A stretch of DNA of 64,000 nucleotides from Vicugna vicugna (Eukaryota): NCBI GenBank assembly GCA_013265495.1, contig MU057744.1:682001-746000 (forward strand). The letters run 5' to 3'. This document shows positions 25,501 through 37,705 of this stretch, piece after piece. A program made the position numbers and the translations under genes. A model generated the notes under the pieces. The model did no database searches and was not told the origin of the DNA. It was given only the letters and a program-made list of their open reading frames with translations. Every line of letters starts with the position of its first letter. The first letter of the stretch is position 1.

Positions 25501-27254
25501 AATAGAAAAATACATCAATTCATTAGGGGTAAAACTGGCTTAGGTTTTTGTCTTTTGCTGCTCCTATCACCCTAAAATATAAAATAATAATAATAAATAA
25601 ATAATTGTAGAAAGAGCTAACAGAGAAAAAAATCACTGCCATGCAGAACCTTCTGGAACCTGGGGCTTGTAAACAGAAGTGAATGACTATGAAAGTGACA
25701 GCAGGTTTGGGAGGGAAGCCGTCATGTGGACACCCCACATGCATATATAGCAGGACGCGCATCCCACAGGAAGACCAGAAGCCACTCTGGAACATTCTGG
25801 AGTCCACCAGCCCCCTTCAACTTCTAGGCCCTTTCCTGGGTTTCGTAGTAAATATCTACAGACAGAACCATCACTGACACGGAATCCCAAAAGGAGATGA
25901 TTATCCAATAGACAAAATAGCTCATTCACTTTGGGTCCTGCCTGCGCCAACAGCAGCCCCTTGGCGAGGAGGTCAGAGTGCTTGGCTCTGCCGGCCTGCC
26001 CGCCTCTGCACACACCGTCCAGGCTTCTTTGGGTCTGAACCCCCGCAGACGCGTCTGTGGTCTGCGATGGCCCAGGCCGCTGCCTGGCCACACCCGCCAC
26101 CTGCTACCCCGAGCCGCGCTTCTGGGGACGACACAGTTCCCACGCGTCCCTGCGACAACCACCCCAGAGGAGGACCAGGAACCCTGCTGCTCAAGGGCAG
26201 ATAGGCTCACAGGGGCTATCTCTGACCCCAGCCGTCCCCTGAGGGGTAGAAAAAGCTGAAGTTGGAAGTTATTTACTTCGAGAGAGAAAGAGAGAGAGAA
26301 TGTTAGCAAACTGGAAGTGAGTGAGCAACCGGGAGGTCTAAGCTGGGCGAGCGTCATGGCCAGTAGGCAGTGGCTGGGAAATTCAGATCAAGCTGCCCAC
26401 AGGGAGAGGAAAGACTCGGCAGATCTAACCAGAAGACCGTCCTTGTAGCCCGCCAGCCACAACCAGTCCAGACATGCCCAGGAGCCAGTCAGAGGAACGT
26501 GAACCCAGGAACGTGGCCTCGTGGAGGCAACGGCCTAGCTTAACGGAACCGTTTCCTGTTCCTCCTCAGAACCTGGTTAGACTGAAGGCTGAGAGCTGCC
26601 CTCCCAGCCTGTGGGGCAGCTTGGGGTGGAGGGCGGCGGGGGGCACGCTGAATGGGCCCAGCTGGGGGAAGGGAGGCCTCTGAACTGCGGCCTCAGCCCA
26701 GCTCCGATTCTCAAGATCATTAAGGTGGACAATGGGACTCAAGTGAACCTCCTCACCAGCTTTCTCCTGAAGGTGCACTTAGATAGCCATGGCAAACGTA
26801 CAATCACAACCCTTGTGTGTTAGTGGACGGCCTGTGTGGAATGAGAACATTTGTTGAGGGGGCTGAGTGCCCTGGAAGGAAGTTGCTCAATTTAAGTGGA
26901 AGCCAAACCCTAGCTTTGGTTTCCTCGGGAAATTCTGCAGTAACTGCTTCCCTCTGCTTAATGAGCGTAGCCCAGACCCAGCCTCGCCTGGGTAGACACG
27001 AGCAGCGCTCAGACCAAGAGCCATCACACGGGTCATCTTCACTGTCCTGTAGCTACAGACGCGTTTGAGTCTTGGAAGGAACCACTCAGCCCTGGGGCAT
27101 TTCAGATTTTTTTCTCAGTCTACTGTGGATGGGGGAGCAGGAGGAGGAGTAGGGGTGATGGGGTTTGTCTCAGGATCACTTCCCTCTGCTGCACGGAAGC
27201 CAGTCCACATCTCAAAGGGGTTCTGTTGTCGAGAAAAGGTAGTTAATGACCGTG

Positions 27255-27760
27255 CATCAGCCTTTGCCATTTCCCTGAGGAGGAAATGGAAGTCCAAAGA
27301 GGTTAAGTGGCCGGTCCAAGGTTGTGAGTTACGGTAAATGGTCAAGGCTTCTGACTTCACGTCCAGGACTGGTTCTTCCGACCACATACCACCCAGTAAC
27401 ACTGAAGCCCGCGCGTGCTGTGGAGGAGCATCCTGGCAGGCAGGCAGATAAGGGATCAATCCATCAGTGATCTATTGATTCCGACTACGAGGCGGCACTT
27501 TCTGGCTCATGTCGTCACTCCCACAGAGAGCTTCTTCCAGACTTGAGGGATGTGACAGGAGATCCGAATGTGTCACTAACAGTGCAAAACCAGCATGGTG
27601 GGTGTGGAAAGCAAGGCTGTGGCAGTCAGACGAGGGAGTGTGGGCTTCGAGGAACCTCCATGGGGAGGCTTCCTGGAGGAGGCGAGCCTGACGCTGAGCC
27701 CGGGAGGAGGGCAGCCCTGGGGACCTGGGAGGACAGGGTCAGCTGCAGACATGGATGGAT
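27255..27760 (-). mobile_element. MIR fragment (27255-27365) and L2 fragment (27450-27760)
   Basis: gaggaaatggaagtccaaagaggttaagtgg; ggaggcttcctggaggaggcgagcctgacgctgagc. Confidence 0.45.
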
Positions 27761-28877
27761 CATGAGGACAGAAGGGGGTGTCCTGGCACACTCAGAAATG
27801 CTGAGAGAGAAGGCAAAGAGCTGGTGGCCAGGGCTTGGTGCTGGCAGACGGAGGGAAGGCGAGGGGAGACGCTGCTCAGGATTGCCCAGCCCCATTCCCA
27901 CCAGCTGGTCTGCAAGTCACAGCGAGACAGGATCCCACGGACACCCACTGCTGGGTCCTTAGATGAGGCTGTCACCCCCCACCCACTCCTGGTCTTCTCA
28001 TTGCTCTCTGGCCTCGATCCCACCTCCCCACCCTTCTAATGGCCACCAGAATCCTCTGGCTAAAAGGCCAATGTCACCATGTCCTCACTTTGCTTCCCAG
28101 TGTCCTGCATACCATGGGTGCTTAATAAGTAATGATAGGCAGACTGACATGTATCTCGAAGGCAGTGTCTCCACGGCCAAGGCTTTTCCAGAAGGAAGCT
28201 GGTGAGCACCCCTCTCTTTCCTACTGGAACCCACGAAGGACGCCTCGTAGGTAATCACCCATCCCCAGTGGACAGCACGCCTTCGGGGAGGCCTGAAATG
28301 AACGACTGCCCCACCCCCTGCAAACCGGGAACAGCTCCCGCTGTGAAATGACGAGGTTAACCTACGACAGAGAGTTTCAAAAATGTCTTTTTTAGCTTCA
28401 GAAAAAACCAAAAACCAAAAACCAAAAAACAAAAAATGGAGAGTGTGGCCTGAGGGAGACAGAGGATGACACTGCGGCAGGAGAGTGCCAGGCCACGAGG
28501 TCAGGCCCGAGGGCTGGTGGCAGGCAGACCCCTCACCCTGGGACGGGGGCCGCTGCCCCCAGCCTGTGATGCTTCTGCTGAAGGCAGTGTCCGGGCAGTG
28601 GGCCCCGCGCTGCTCAGGGTGGTGCTCAGGGAGGGGCTGCTTGAGTGGAGGAGGAACACCACACCCACGTGGGAGGAACTCATCTCCATTCCCGGGACCT
28701 ACAGAACCGTGCTTCCTGGCGACGGGAAGAGCTCGCTGGCCTCCCCAGAAACTCCCAAACCCAGACGAGGCAGGAAGGAAAGTCGGATTTCCACGCACCA
28801 GCACTTATGGGACAGGCAGCTGACCAGGGTGTCCCCCGAGCTGTGCGCTTTCCATCATGTGCACACACACGTGTGAA

Positions 28878-28901
28878 CACACACACACACACACACACAC
28901 A
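28878..28901. repeat. (CA)12 microsatellite
   Basis: Perfect dinucleotide run. Confidence 0.9.
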
Positions 28902-28902
28902 T

Positions 28903-29190
28903 TGTCATGGGCTGAATTGTCCCCCAATGTTCATATGTGGAAGTCCTAGTCCCCAGGACCTCTGAAGGTGACTGTCCTTGGATGGGCCTTTGAAGAGGTG
29001 ACTAAGGTAAAATGAGGTCCCTGGGGTGGCCCTGATCCAGTCTGACTGGGGTCGGGATGAGACGAGGAGGTGGGGGCACAGACAAACACAGAGGGAAACT
29101 GCGTGAGACACAGGAGTAGACGGCCGTCTGCTGGCCACCCTGGAGCCAGCTTGGCTGCTGGAGGAAGGAGGCCAGGCCTAAGCTCAAGCC
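28903..29190 (+). mobile_element. MLT1B-like LTR (partial)
   Basis: tgtcatgggctgaattgtcccccaatgttcatatgtggaagtccta...taaaatgaggtcc..ggtggccctgatcca. Confidence 0.8.
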
Positions 29191-29198
29191 TTGTGATG

Positions 29199-29374
29199 CA
29201 GGCAACTATATTCCATAGCTCGTAGTAACCTAGGATGCAAAAGAATCTGAAAAAGAGTATATATGTGTACAACTGAATCACTACGCTGCACACCAGAAAC
29301 TAACACAATGCTGTAAGTAGCTCTATCTCAATAAAGAATAAGGAAGAGAAAAACAGAAAGAAAGAAAGAAAAAG
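29199..29374 (+). mobile_element. Short camelid LINE-1 3' end
   Basis: aactatattccatagctcgtagtaaccta...caccagaaactaacacaatg; TSD-like (c)tgtgatg on both sides. Confidence 0.85.
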
Positions 29375-31084
29375 ACCTGTGATGGCCTGAAAGCCATGCC
29401 CTCTCCCCTCACAACTCTGAGAAGACACACCTCCTGCGGGCGCTGTGGGCCAAGGCCTCCGCCCGCACACACTGAGAAGCCCACGGGAGAAGCAAGGCTT
29501 CCCAAGCGTCTCTGTAGGTGAAGGCCGGGCACGTGGGTGCTGAGAAGGGGGACCCTCCATGAGATGCGTGTAAGCAGGGAAGCCGGGTCTCCCCGAGCCC
29601 CTCCCAGCTGGAGCGAGGCTGCCCCGCCTGGTACCCGAGCATCGTTGCCCCGGTCTCCTTAGCAGCACATGGCCGGCCAGGCAGGGCCCCACAGTGGGCA
29701 GGGATCCTGTTTCTCTTTACCCTGCTCCATCCCTCGTTCTCCCACATCGGAAGCGCCTGATCAATATTCGCTGATTGAATGAACGCATCTGGGGCGGCTT
29801 TGCACACACACGTACATGCACACATGCACATGCGCTCACAGAGGGACAGAGCAGGGTGAACAGGGATCTCCTCACAGATGAAGCCAGTGAGAAAGAAACC
29901 CAGCAGAAGGGAAAGGAAAAGAATCATAAACTGGCAGGCGGGTCTGAGACCTGACCGTGGGCGAGGTCTGCTTGCAAAACTCATCACTTGTGTTGAGTCC
30001 AGACAGGTCACGGACGCGGCCAGAACTGGCCCCTGCACATCCACTCTGCTGTGGGTCTGGCCTGGCGTCTAATTTGGCTAATTTGGATCTGGCCCTGGCG
30101 GTGCACCAAGGGGGCAGGGGTCACCTTCACCCGAAGTGAGGCTGGGTTTGGTTTCACTTACTGTGTGTGGAGAAGTCCTTCCTTCGCAGCTTTCCGCTCC
30201 GGAAACGTTCTGCTTAATGTCACACCCAGGGTCACAGGGCACCTTGCACAAGAGTTCACTGCCACGTGACCAGGCTGGGGCCTGGCGGCCGAGGACCGGG
30301 TGAAGACTGAGTCCTTCTCCCCTAGACTCCTCTTCACCTGGCTTGGCTCCTCCGTTTCAACAGGGCACCGGGTAATTCCAGGCAATTCCAGGACCCGAGG
30401 CCCAGCGATCGGCCGAGTGGGGCTGGCTAACTTCCTGTGTCAGTGCAGCCACTGTATTCCTGGACTGTGTGCAGTTTTGAGTCAGTGGGCTCCTGCTGCC
30501 CTCTAGGACCAAGAAACAGGTCCTGAGAGCAGTTCCCAGACAGGCAAGCGTTGCAGACAAAACCAGGCAAAACTTTGCAGGGAGAAGCTCGTGTGAGCGG
30601 TTGCCGAGTAGACAGTCACAGAGGCCACGCCGCAGGCCGCGCAGGAGACGCCGAAGCTGAGAAAAGTGGAGAGATGCAGCCAGCGAAGAGGGAAAGCCAG
30701 GGCTTGAACCTGGGTCTCCAGGCTCCAGATCCGTGTTCCTTTCAGCCTTCCATAAGGCCCCAGTTGTAAACGATGAGCGGTTCCCGGACAAACCGCCTCC
30801 TTGGAAGTCAGCCCTGGAGAAGAGCGATGGCCCCATGGACGGTTTACTCCGCTCCAGCGGGAGCCGCATGCCCGGCGTGATCAGCCCCATGGGCAGCCTT
30901 TGCTCATGCCGAGCTCCTGGCTGAGGACCGGAGTCAGCTGAGGCCCCGGCGAGGCACCGTGTAAACACATCGAGGGTAAAATCACAGGTGTCAGGTCCTC
31001 TCGCTCAGCACAGCCAGGCGGGCGGGCGCCTTCTTACATTCTTACAAAGCAAACAATGCATTTTATTGTAACAAACGTTCACTG

Positions 31085-31475
31085 TGAAGGGGTGAAGGGG
31101 GTCAGAAGGTACAAACTTCCAGTTTTAAAGTCAGTCAGCCCCCGGGATGTAACATACGGCGTGGTGACCATAGTCAATAATACTGTGTTGTGTATTTGAA
31201 AGTTGCCAAGAGGCGGGTGGGTGTAGCTCAGTGGTAGAGCGCACGCTGAGCGTGCATGAGGTCCTGGGTTCAGTCCCCAGTCCCTCCGTCAGAATAAATA
31301 AACCTAATTAACTTCCTCACCAAAAAAAAAATTTTTTTTAAGTTCTCATCACAAGGGGAAAAAGAATTGTAACTGTGTGTGTGACACACATTCACTACCT
31401 ATTGTGGTGATCCTTTCACAACCGTTATGCTGCACACCTGAAACCAATGTAATGTGTCAATTATATCTCAGCAAA
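31085..31475 (+). mobile_element. L1MA9-like 3' end interrupted by a SINE
   Basis: aaggtacaaacttccagttttaa...gtgaccatagtcaataatactgtg..gtatttgaaagttgccaaga [SINE] aagttctcatcacaag. Confidence 0.75.
31212..31330 (+). mobile_element. vic-1-type SINE
   Basis: gggtgtagctcagtggtagagcgcacgctgagcgtgcatgaggtcctgggttcagtccccagtccctcc..aataaataaacctaattaac. Confidence 0.88.
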
Positions 31476-31934
31476 AGTGTTTAAAAATAGCAGTGAAGTT
31501 TAGTCAGTAACATGTAAACACCGGGGGGGGGGACCTTTGGACAGTAAATGCATAAAGTCGTACGGCAAAGGGAGTGTAATCATTAACAACACCCATGCTG
31601 AAACTCCTCGCTCCCTAAGACGGGGTCTTTTACGTTTTCACAGGACTGTGAACAATGAGCTGTTGCTACACCGGCCTGGCAGGAGGAGGTCAGCTTCATC
31701 TTGGCCGAAACTCCTAGATGTGAAAGTAAATTCTATAAAAATTACAGGGGTGACCAACAACTTCTAGCTTTTCAAAACAGAGGAATCATTCCTCAGTCAT
31801 AGCACTGGGGTTTATCCATGGCAGGAAGCGCTTAGGAAATCAAAATATTAAAGGACAAAGATCATAGCCGAATGGTCATAAAAGTCAGGGGAAAACTCCG
31901 CTAAAGGAGTCTCCACTCCCACTGCCCATCCTTC

Positions 31935-32365
31935 CCTCCCCACCAGTATATTTAGTTCTGTAAGAAATGACCAAATTGTCTTCAAAGTGTCTGCTCTGTT
32001 TTGCATTCCCATAGCAATTAGCACGAGTTCCCGTTGCCCCACATCTCTTCCAGCATTTGGTGGTGTCAGTGTCCTGGAGTCTGGCCATTCGAATAGGGAC
32101 GTAGCAGCATCTCATCACTGTTCTAGTTTACACTTCCCCAGCTGTATACGGTGCTGAGCGTCTTTTCGTGTGATATTTGCCATCTATAGATCTTCTTTGG
32201 TAAAGTATCTGTTTAGCTCTTTTGCCCATTTTTAAAACTGGGTCATTTGTTTTCTTACTGTTGAGTTGTAAGTGCTCGTTGTGTATTTTAGATACCGGTC
32301 CATTATCAGATGTGTGTTTTGCAAATGTTTTCTCCCAGTCTGTGACCTGTCTCCACTTTTCAGAC
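31935..32365 (-). mobile_element. Old LINE-1 ORF2 3' fragment
   Basis: ttgcattcccatagcaat..gagttcccgttgccccacatctcttccagcatttggtg; ccattatcagatgtgtgttttgcaaatgttttctccca. Confidence 0.85.
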
Positions 32366-32949
32366 ACTCAGGAGGGCCGACGAGGACAGACACCCCGTGT
32401 CTCCCAGGCTGTGCTCCGTGTGTGCCCACGCTCTCTGGGCAGCAGGCTGACCGGGTCGGCCGCGTCTAGGCAATGGGAGGGAGTTTGGGAGGAGTGTCTT
32501 TTGGGTGGGGGCGTTTCCCCTTCCATTGCACCAGCTTCATGCATCCCTCTGTTCATCCAGCCAATATGTAAGGTGTGCGTGTTACGTCCCCTGTATGATT
32601 CTGGACGTTGAGAAGGCAAAGGTGAGTCAGATGGAGTCCCCACTTTCAATAAATGCACAGGCCAGTCTGGAAGGAGGAGAAAGACATGGGTCGTTTCAGC
32701 GCAGGGTGAGGAGTGGCTGGGGGAGGGAAGGGTGGGTGCCGTGGGGGAGGGGACGGTGGCGATGACAGGGGGAGAAAGAGGATCAGGGTGAAGGTGTCCA
32801 GGACCCCGGGCAGGGAGCACCCCCTGCCGGGCAGAGCCTGCTGTAGGCGTCCCGGGAGCGGTCCCTCCCCAGAGGGCAAAGGGAGGTCTCTCCACACCGC
32901 ACTTTCACTGTCGCCGCCACAGCTTCCTCTTTGTCACTTTCACGGGGTC

Positions 32950-33420
32950 CCCAAACAGGAACTGCTGTGAGGCCCTGCGTCGCCCTGGGTGGCACAGCTC
33001 CGGAGACGGGTAAGGGGCCTTCACCCCGGCGGACAACCGGCGGCGCCCTCTTCAGGGCCGCAGCGACGACCACGCTCCGCGGAGGACCCGGGGGCGGGGG
33101 CGGGGCGGGCGGGAGCACGGGGGCTCCCTCGGGCGCGGCAGCCCCGCCCCCGCCCGGCGCCCCTGGGAGGGCGGCAGTACCCCGCAGCCAGGACGGCTGT
33201 GAAGGGGAAGCGAGGCACTTCGCATCGGCAGGGTTCTGCAACCGGCGTGGGGGGTGGTCCTTCCCCACCGCTCGCTCAGCCGAGGTTCTTCCCGCCTCAA
33301 AGGTAACGCATGCTTCCAGTAAAGCACTCTGACGACGGTGGAGGATGGTCTGTGCTGAGAAGTTAGACCCCTTCTCACTGACCCACCAACACGTCAAGCC
33401 CCCCCCCCCCCCCACCCCAC
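32950..33420. promoter_or_regulatory. Orphan CpG-island-like element with clustered GC boxes
   Basis: About 38 CpGs in 33001-33300 by hand count, plus multiple GGGCGG/CCGCCC. Function is inferred only. Confidence 0.55.
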
Positions 33421-33614
33421 CGTGTGACCAATTCCTTGTGTCACCTCCTGGCTGTCCCTAAGTGCAAAACACGCATATTCCTGGTTGTACCGACAAAGGC
33501 GGCAGGACACAGCGTGTGCTGTGGCTTCCTTACTCGCTTACCTCTGCATTTTGAACGTCTTTCCATGTTACTAAAGATCACCCAATCCTCGTTTCTTTTA
33601 AAAAAAGTTAGTTT

Positions 33615-33744
33615 TATCTATTTATTTGCAGGGTGAGATAATTTGGTTGACTTTTTGTTTTTCTTGGATGGAGGTACTGGGGGTTGAACCCAGGACCTTG
33701 TGCATGCTAGGAATGCGCTCTGCCACTGAGCTGTCCCTCCCCCC
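33615..33744 (-). mobile_element. vic-1-type SINE
   Basis: tggaggtactgggggttgaacccaggaccttgtgcatgctaggaatgcgctctgccactgagctgtccctcccc. Confidence 0.88.
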
Positions 33745-33989
33745 ATCTCTTTTTTAAGGCAACTGCTTATGCAAACGAAAGGCCCTAAGCAAGAACTGGC
33801 TGAGGGCTGTTGGCCACTTAGTAGCAAGAAGAGACCACAGAGGAAAGTGGAAAGAGTAGCAGACAGATCAAGCTCGGGTTCCAGCATGCTTGCTGTGCCA
33901 AATTTGAGATTTCTCTACCTCTCTGGGCTCAGATGACACATCAAAAAAAAAAAATGCGGATTATACTTGATGTAACTCACAGATCAGAG

Positions 33990-34125
33990 TAATAGTTACT
34001 CAAGAATTGCAGCTCTTCTTAAATAAATGGAGAGACATCCCATGTTGATGGATTAGAAGCCTCAGTGTTCTGAAGAATGAAGCAATTCTCCCCAAATTGA
34101 TCTACAGATGTATCTCATCCCCCAT
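33990..34125 (+). mobile_element. Old LINE-1 ORF2 fragment
   Basis: ataaatggagagacatcccatgttgatggattagaag...caattctccccaaattgatctacagat. Confidence 0.7.
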
Positions 34126-34194
34126 CAATATTATCTTAGGGCCTCTGATTTAGACCTGGGCTGACCCTGCCTGACAGACAGGGGTTCTGAGTTC

Positions 34195-34556
34195 TGAAGT
34201 TAAGTCAGACAGAGAAAAACAAGTACCATACGGTATCACTTATACGTGGAATCTAATAAAAAATGACACAAATGAACTTATTTACAAAACAGAAAGAGAC
34301 TCAGATGTAGAAAACAAACTTATGGTTGCCAGAGAGGAAGGGGGAGGGACAGATTAGGAGTTCAGGATTAGCGGACACAAACCACTGTATATAAAATAGG
34401 TAAACAACAAAGTCCTACTGTTTAGCACAGGGAACCATATTCAAAGTCTTGTAATGGAAAATAATCAGAAAAAGAATATATGTATGTATAACTGAATCAC
34501 TTCGCTGTACATCTGAAACTAACACATTATAAATCAACCATACTTCAGTAAAAAAA
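34195..34556 (+). mobile_element. Camelid LINE-1 3' UTR
   Basis: agtcagacagagaaaaacaagtaccata..gtatcacttatacgtggaatcta...aaatcaaccatacttcagtaaaaaa. Confidence 0.9.
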
Positions 34557-35629
34557 TTTTTTAAAGTGATGCTCATGTGCACGTTTATTTAAGAGGTAAA
34601 CAAAAATACCTAAAAGTATATTTATCAGGATCCCACTTTTGTTGCTGTTGTTTTGTTTTTTGTTTCTTTTTTTTACAAAATACATATAACACGATTCTCT
34701 GTGTGTGTGTATATGTACATTTCTGGGATAAGATACAGATGTATTGAGACAGTTGCTGAATAATGAGATTTCTCATGTTTTCTTGTTCTTGTACATCACT
34801 TTTCTTTCCTAGTTCTCTAAATGCAAATGCATTAAATACAAAGAAATAATAAAGTGAGATAAAGTAAAACTTCATTTCCATTGAAAATATTTTGTGAGAG
34901 GGGAGGTGGGAAGGATGTACCTTTAGCACAAACCAGACTGTGCCCTGATACGAAGGGCATGACCTCTGCCGAGTGACTTCACTTTGGGCCTCAGTTTCCT
35001 GAGTTGCACAATGTGCAGGAGAAATTCTACTTCACCAGGTGATTCTGAGGAAGGAACCCCATTTCCCATTTATCTTCAGCAAATGAAAGCGTCTCACCCT
35101 GGGATCCTTCCGGAGCCCCGTCGCTTCTCTGATCTCTGTAAATTACAGGCCTTAATGTTGGCACTCAGCACTCAGCACCACCTGGTATTAATATGGACTA
35201 AGCAGTTAGACACACTTGTTGGTGAGGGCCCCGTCTTGCTTGCAAGGGGCCTGCAGTGTCTGGAATGAGCCTGGGATTCTGTGCGGTCCTCCACTCAGAG
35301 ACTCTGGGAACCGGTCTCTGGAGAGAAGGATGCTCACGTGAACACGTCTATGTGTCCCTCTCTCACATTTCCGGGACCGAGTGCATAGATGTCTGTCTGC
35401 AAACACTTGGGAAGTAAGAGGTGACCCTGTGAGAACCGTGCTGGGCTGTTTGGGAGGAAATTTGCATTAAAACGAAGAGGCTGGAACATATTTGGGAGAC
35501 TAACCTTTTGACTTCCTTTGGTGGCAGGTTAGGTAACTGATCTTAAGAAAGTTCTTGAGTAGCACGATGGGAAAGTGTGAACCGGGCTTCTTTTGGGGAA
35601 GTTATCTGGGCATTCAGGCCTGGGATTTT

Positions 35630-36860
35630 CAACCGCTCACCACCCCACCCCACCCCACCCCTCCGAGCCAGGCGGGCATTGAGCGGCGTCCCCTGCCCTC
35701 TAGTGGTCTCTCCTGGAACTGCCTCCGAGGAGGCCGCGTCACAGGGGCGGGAAAGCTCACCTGTCCCCACCTGCGCCTTACCGGGGAGCCAACCTCGGCC
35801 TGTTTTTCAAGGCTTTTTGGCCCTTCTGTCTCTTAACAGTGTGTTGTTTTCACAAGGGCCCCTCGTAAGGGTCCTTCTCCAAAGTAAGGGAGTCCGCTTC
35901 GGGCAGCGCCCCACACCCAGGCTCGGGAGGAGCGGGCAGCAGCCCGTGCCGGCCCTCAGAGCCACGGCCGGGCAGCAGCCGTCCTGCCCGGGGTGCGGCG
36001 GCAGGGTGGGCGGGGGGCCGGGGGCCGGGGCCCTGCCTCCTCCTCCTCCCAGAACTTCCAGACCTTCGGCCTTCCCATGCGCTCGCTCCAGGACCGGCTA
36101 AAAGAATTTTGCACAACCAGGTTTCCGCCGGCGTTCTTATAGGAAACATTTTTCATCATAGGTTTGCTTCGTTAGGAAGAGGTTTACCTTCCAGTGCACT
36201 GTCCACGTTGGCATTTCAAAAACAAACCGGTTCCATCACTCCCCACTCGTATCCCGGGAACCCAGCTACCCCAGCGATTTCCCATCTACCAGCAGCTGCT
36301 GGAAGGAGATGTGAAACCCTCCGCCTTTCTCTCTGTTTTCCTATTCCCCATAAGATGTAATGGTAATGAGGTATGTTTTTATCCTGGAAAGTCTTTCAGG
36401 GACTACCCTGGACTGAATAACCCAGACTTGAGGGAAGGAAAAGGATGCTGAGGGAGGTGCCCATCGGGGGAAAGGACAGGGAGCCTGTCGGGCGGGGTAG
36501 ACCACAGACCTGCAGAGCAGGGGGTAGACGGCGCTGCAGGCCGGAGGAGTGAGGCTGGTGGATTACTCACTCTTCTCAGCTCCCTTCTGGCTCCAGGAGG
36601 GCGTGCCTCCCTGGCTGTAGGCCCCGGGCTGAGGGCCCCGGGGGGCGGGGCCTGCCCGGGGCTCCGCCCGCTCCCTGGGAGCCTTGCAGGAGGAAGCTGG
36701 CAGCCTGGGCGCGGGGCTGCAGCCGGCACAGGCGCATCAGCGCCAAGGACACCCGAGGCCCCGGTGACGCAGCGGGGAACGCTGACAGGCTCTCGCGGGT
36801 GAGGAATGTCACCTGCCACGGCAGTAAACAAAGCGTGTTGCCGCGACACCCCCCACCCCA
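35630..36860. promoter_or_regulatory. GC/CpG-rich patch 2-3 kb downstream of the NID1 poly(A) site
   Basis: Two CpG-dense blocks (35900-36090 and 36480-36860) with GC boxes. Function is inferred only. Confidence 0.4.
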
Positions 36861-37319
36861 TGGTGCACCCTGAGGGGATTCAGGACCAGCAAAAGCAGGA
36901 TGCTGGCCCATTAGATGCTTAGAAGGCATCGCAAAGGAACGATTCCAGCGAGTGCAGACTCCCGCATCCTCCCATGCACGGAAGAGCACTCCTTCACGTG
37001 AGATGTCTGGTTTTCTTCAGCAGTAATCTTACGATGTTCCGACTACTTGTTTGTCGTTTATCTTCAAAAAGTCCCCCAGAGCCGAGAGGCTGTCTCCCGG
37101 GCTTAAGTCCTCAGTAAGTTTGCTGAATAAAACACAATTCTCAACTTCTATGTTGTGCTTTTTATGTTTTATTTTTCTCCCAGTTGGCACTCTCAAGCAA
37201 AAGCCAGATGTACTTACATTCGGGTATCTGAGGGAGGTTTAAGGGTACGTCTGAGGTGGGGAACCTCGCCGGCGGTGCGCAAGGTTCCCAGCTCTCCGCG
37301 CCCTCCTCGACACTAGTTA

Positions 37320-37705
37320 GGTGCTTTTTTTTACAGCCATCCTAGTGGGTGTGAAGTGGTATCTAGCTGTGGTTTTGACTGGCTTTTCCCTGATGAATGA
37401 TGTTGACTATCTTTTCGTATGCTTATTGGCTCTTTGTATGTCCTCTTTGAAAAAATATTTGTTAAAAAACTTTGAGTTTTTGAGTTGGGTTGCTTTTGTT
37501 ATTGTTGAATTGTAGCTCTTTATATATTCTGGATATTAACCCTTATCAGATGTAAGATTCCGTGGACTGGTTGTCTTTCACTGTCTTGATGGGCTCCTTT
37601 GATGCACAAGTTTTTAATTCTGATGAAGACCAATTTTTCTTTTTCTTTGGCTGCTTGTGCCTTTGGTGTCATATACAAGAAATCATTGCTAAACCCAGTG
37701 TCGTG
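37320..37705 (-). mobile_element. Old LINE-1 ORF2 3' fragment
   Basis: acagccatcctagtgggtgtgaagtggtatct...tctttatatattctggatattaacccttatcagatg. Confidence 0.85.

Noticed and set aside
28085-28804. 239-aa ORF and similar long ORFs (18294-18917, 29409-30044, 30357-30968, 32783-33415)
   Set aside because: Pro/Gly/Arg/Ala-rich open frames are expected in GC-rich DNA, and some run through repeats; no homology recognised.
30261-30270. CLEAR-like E-box (GTCACGTGGC on the - strand), tempting because LYST is the expected neighbour
   Set aside because: A single 9/10 match is expected by chance in a window of this size.
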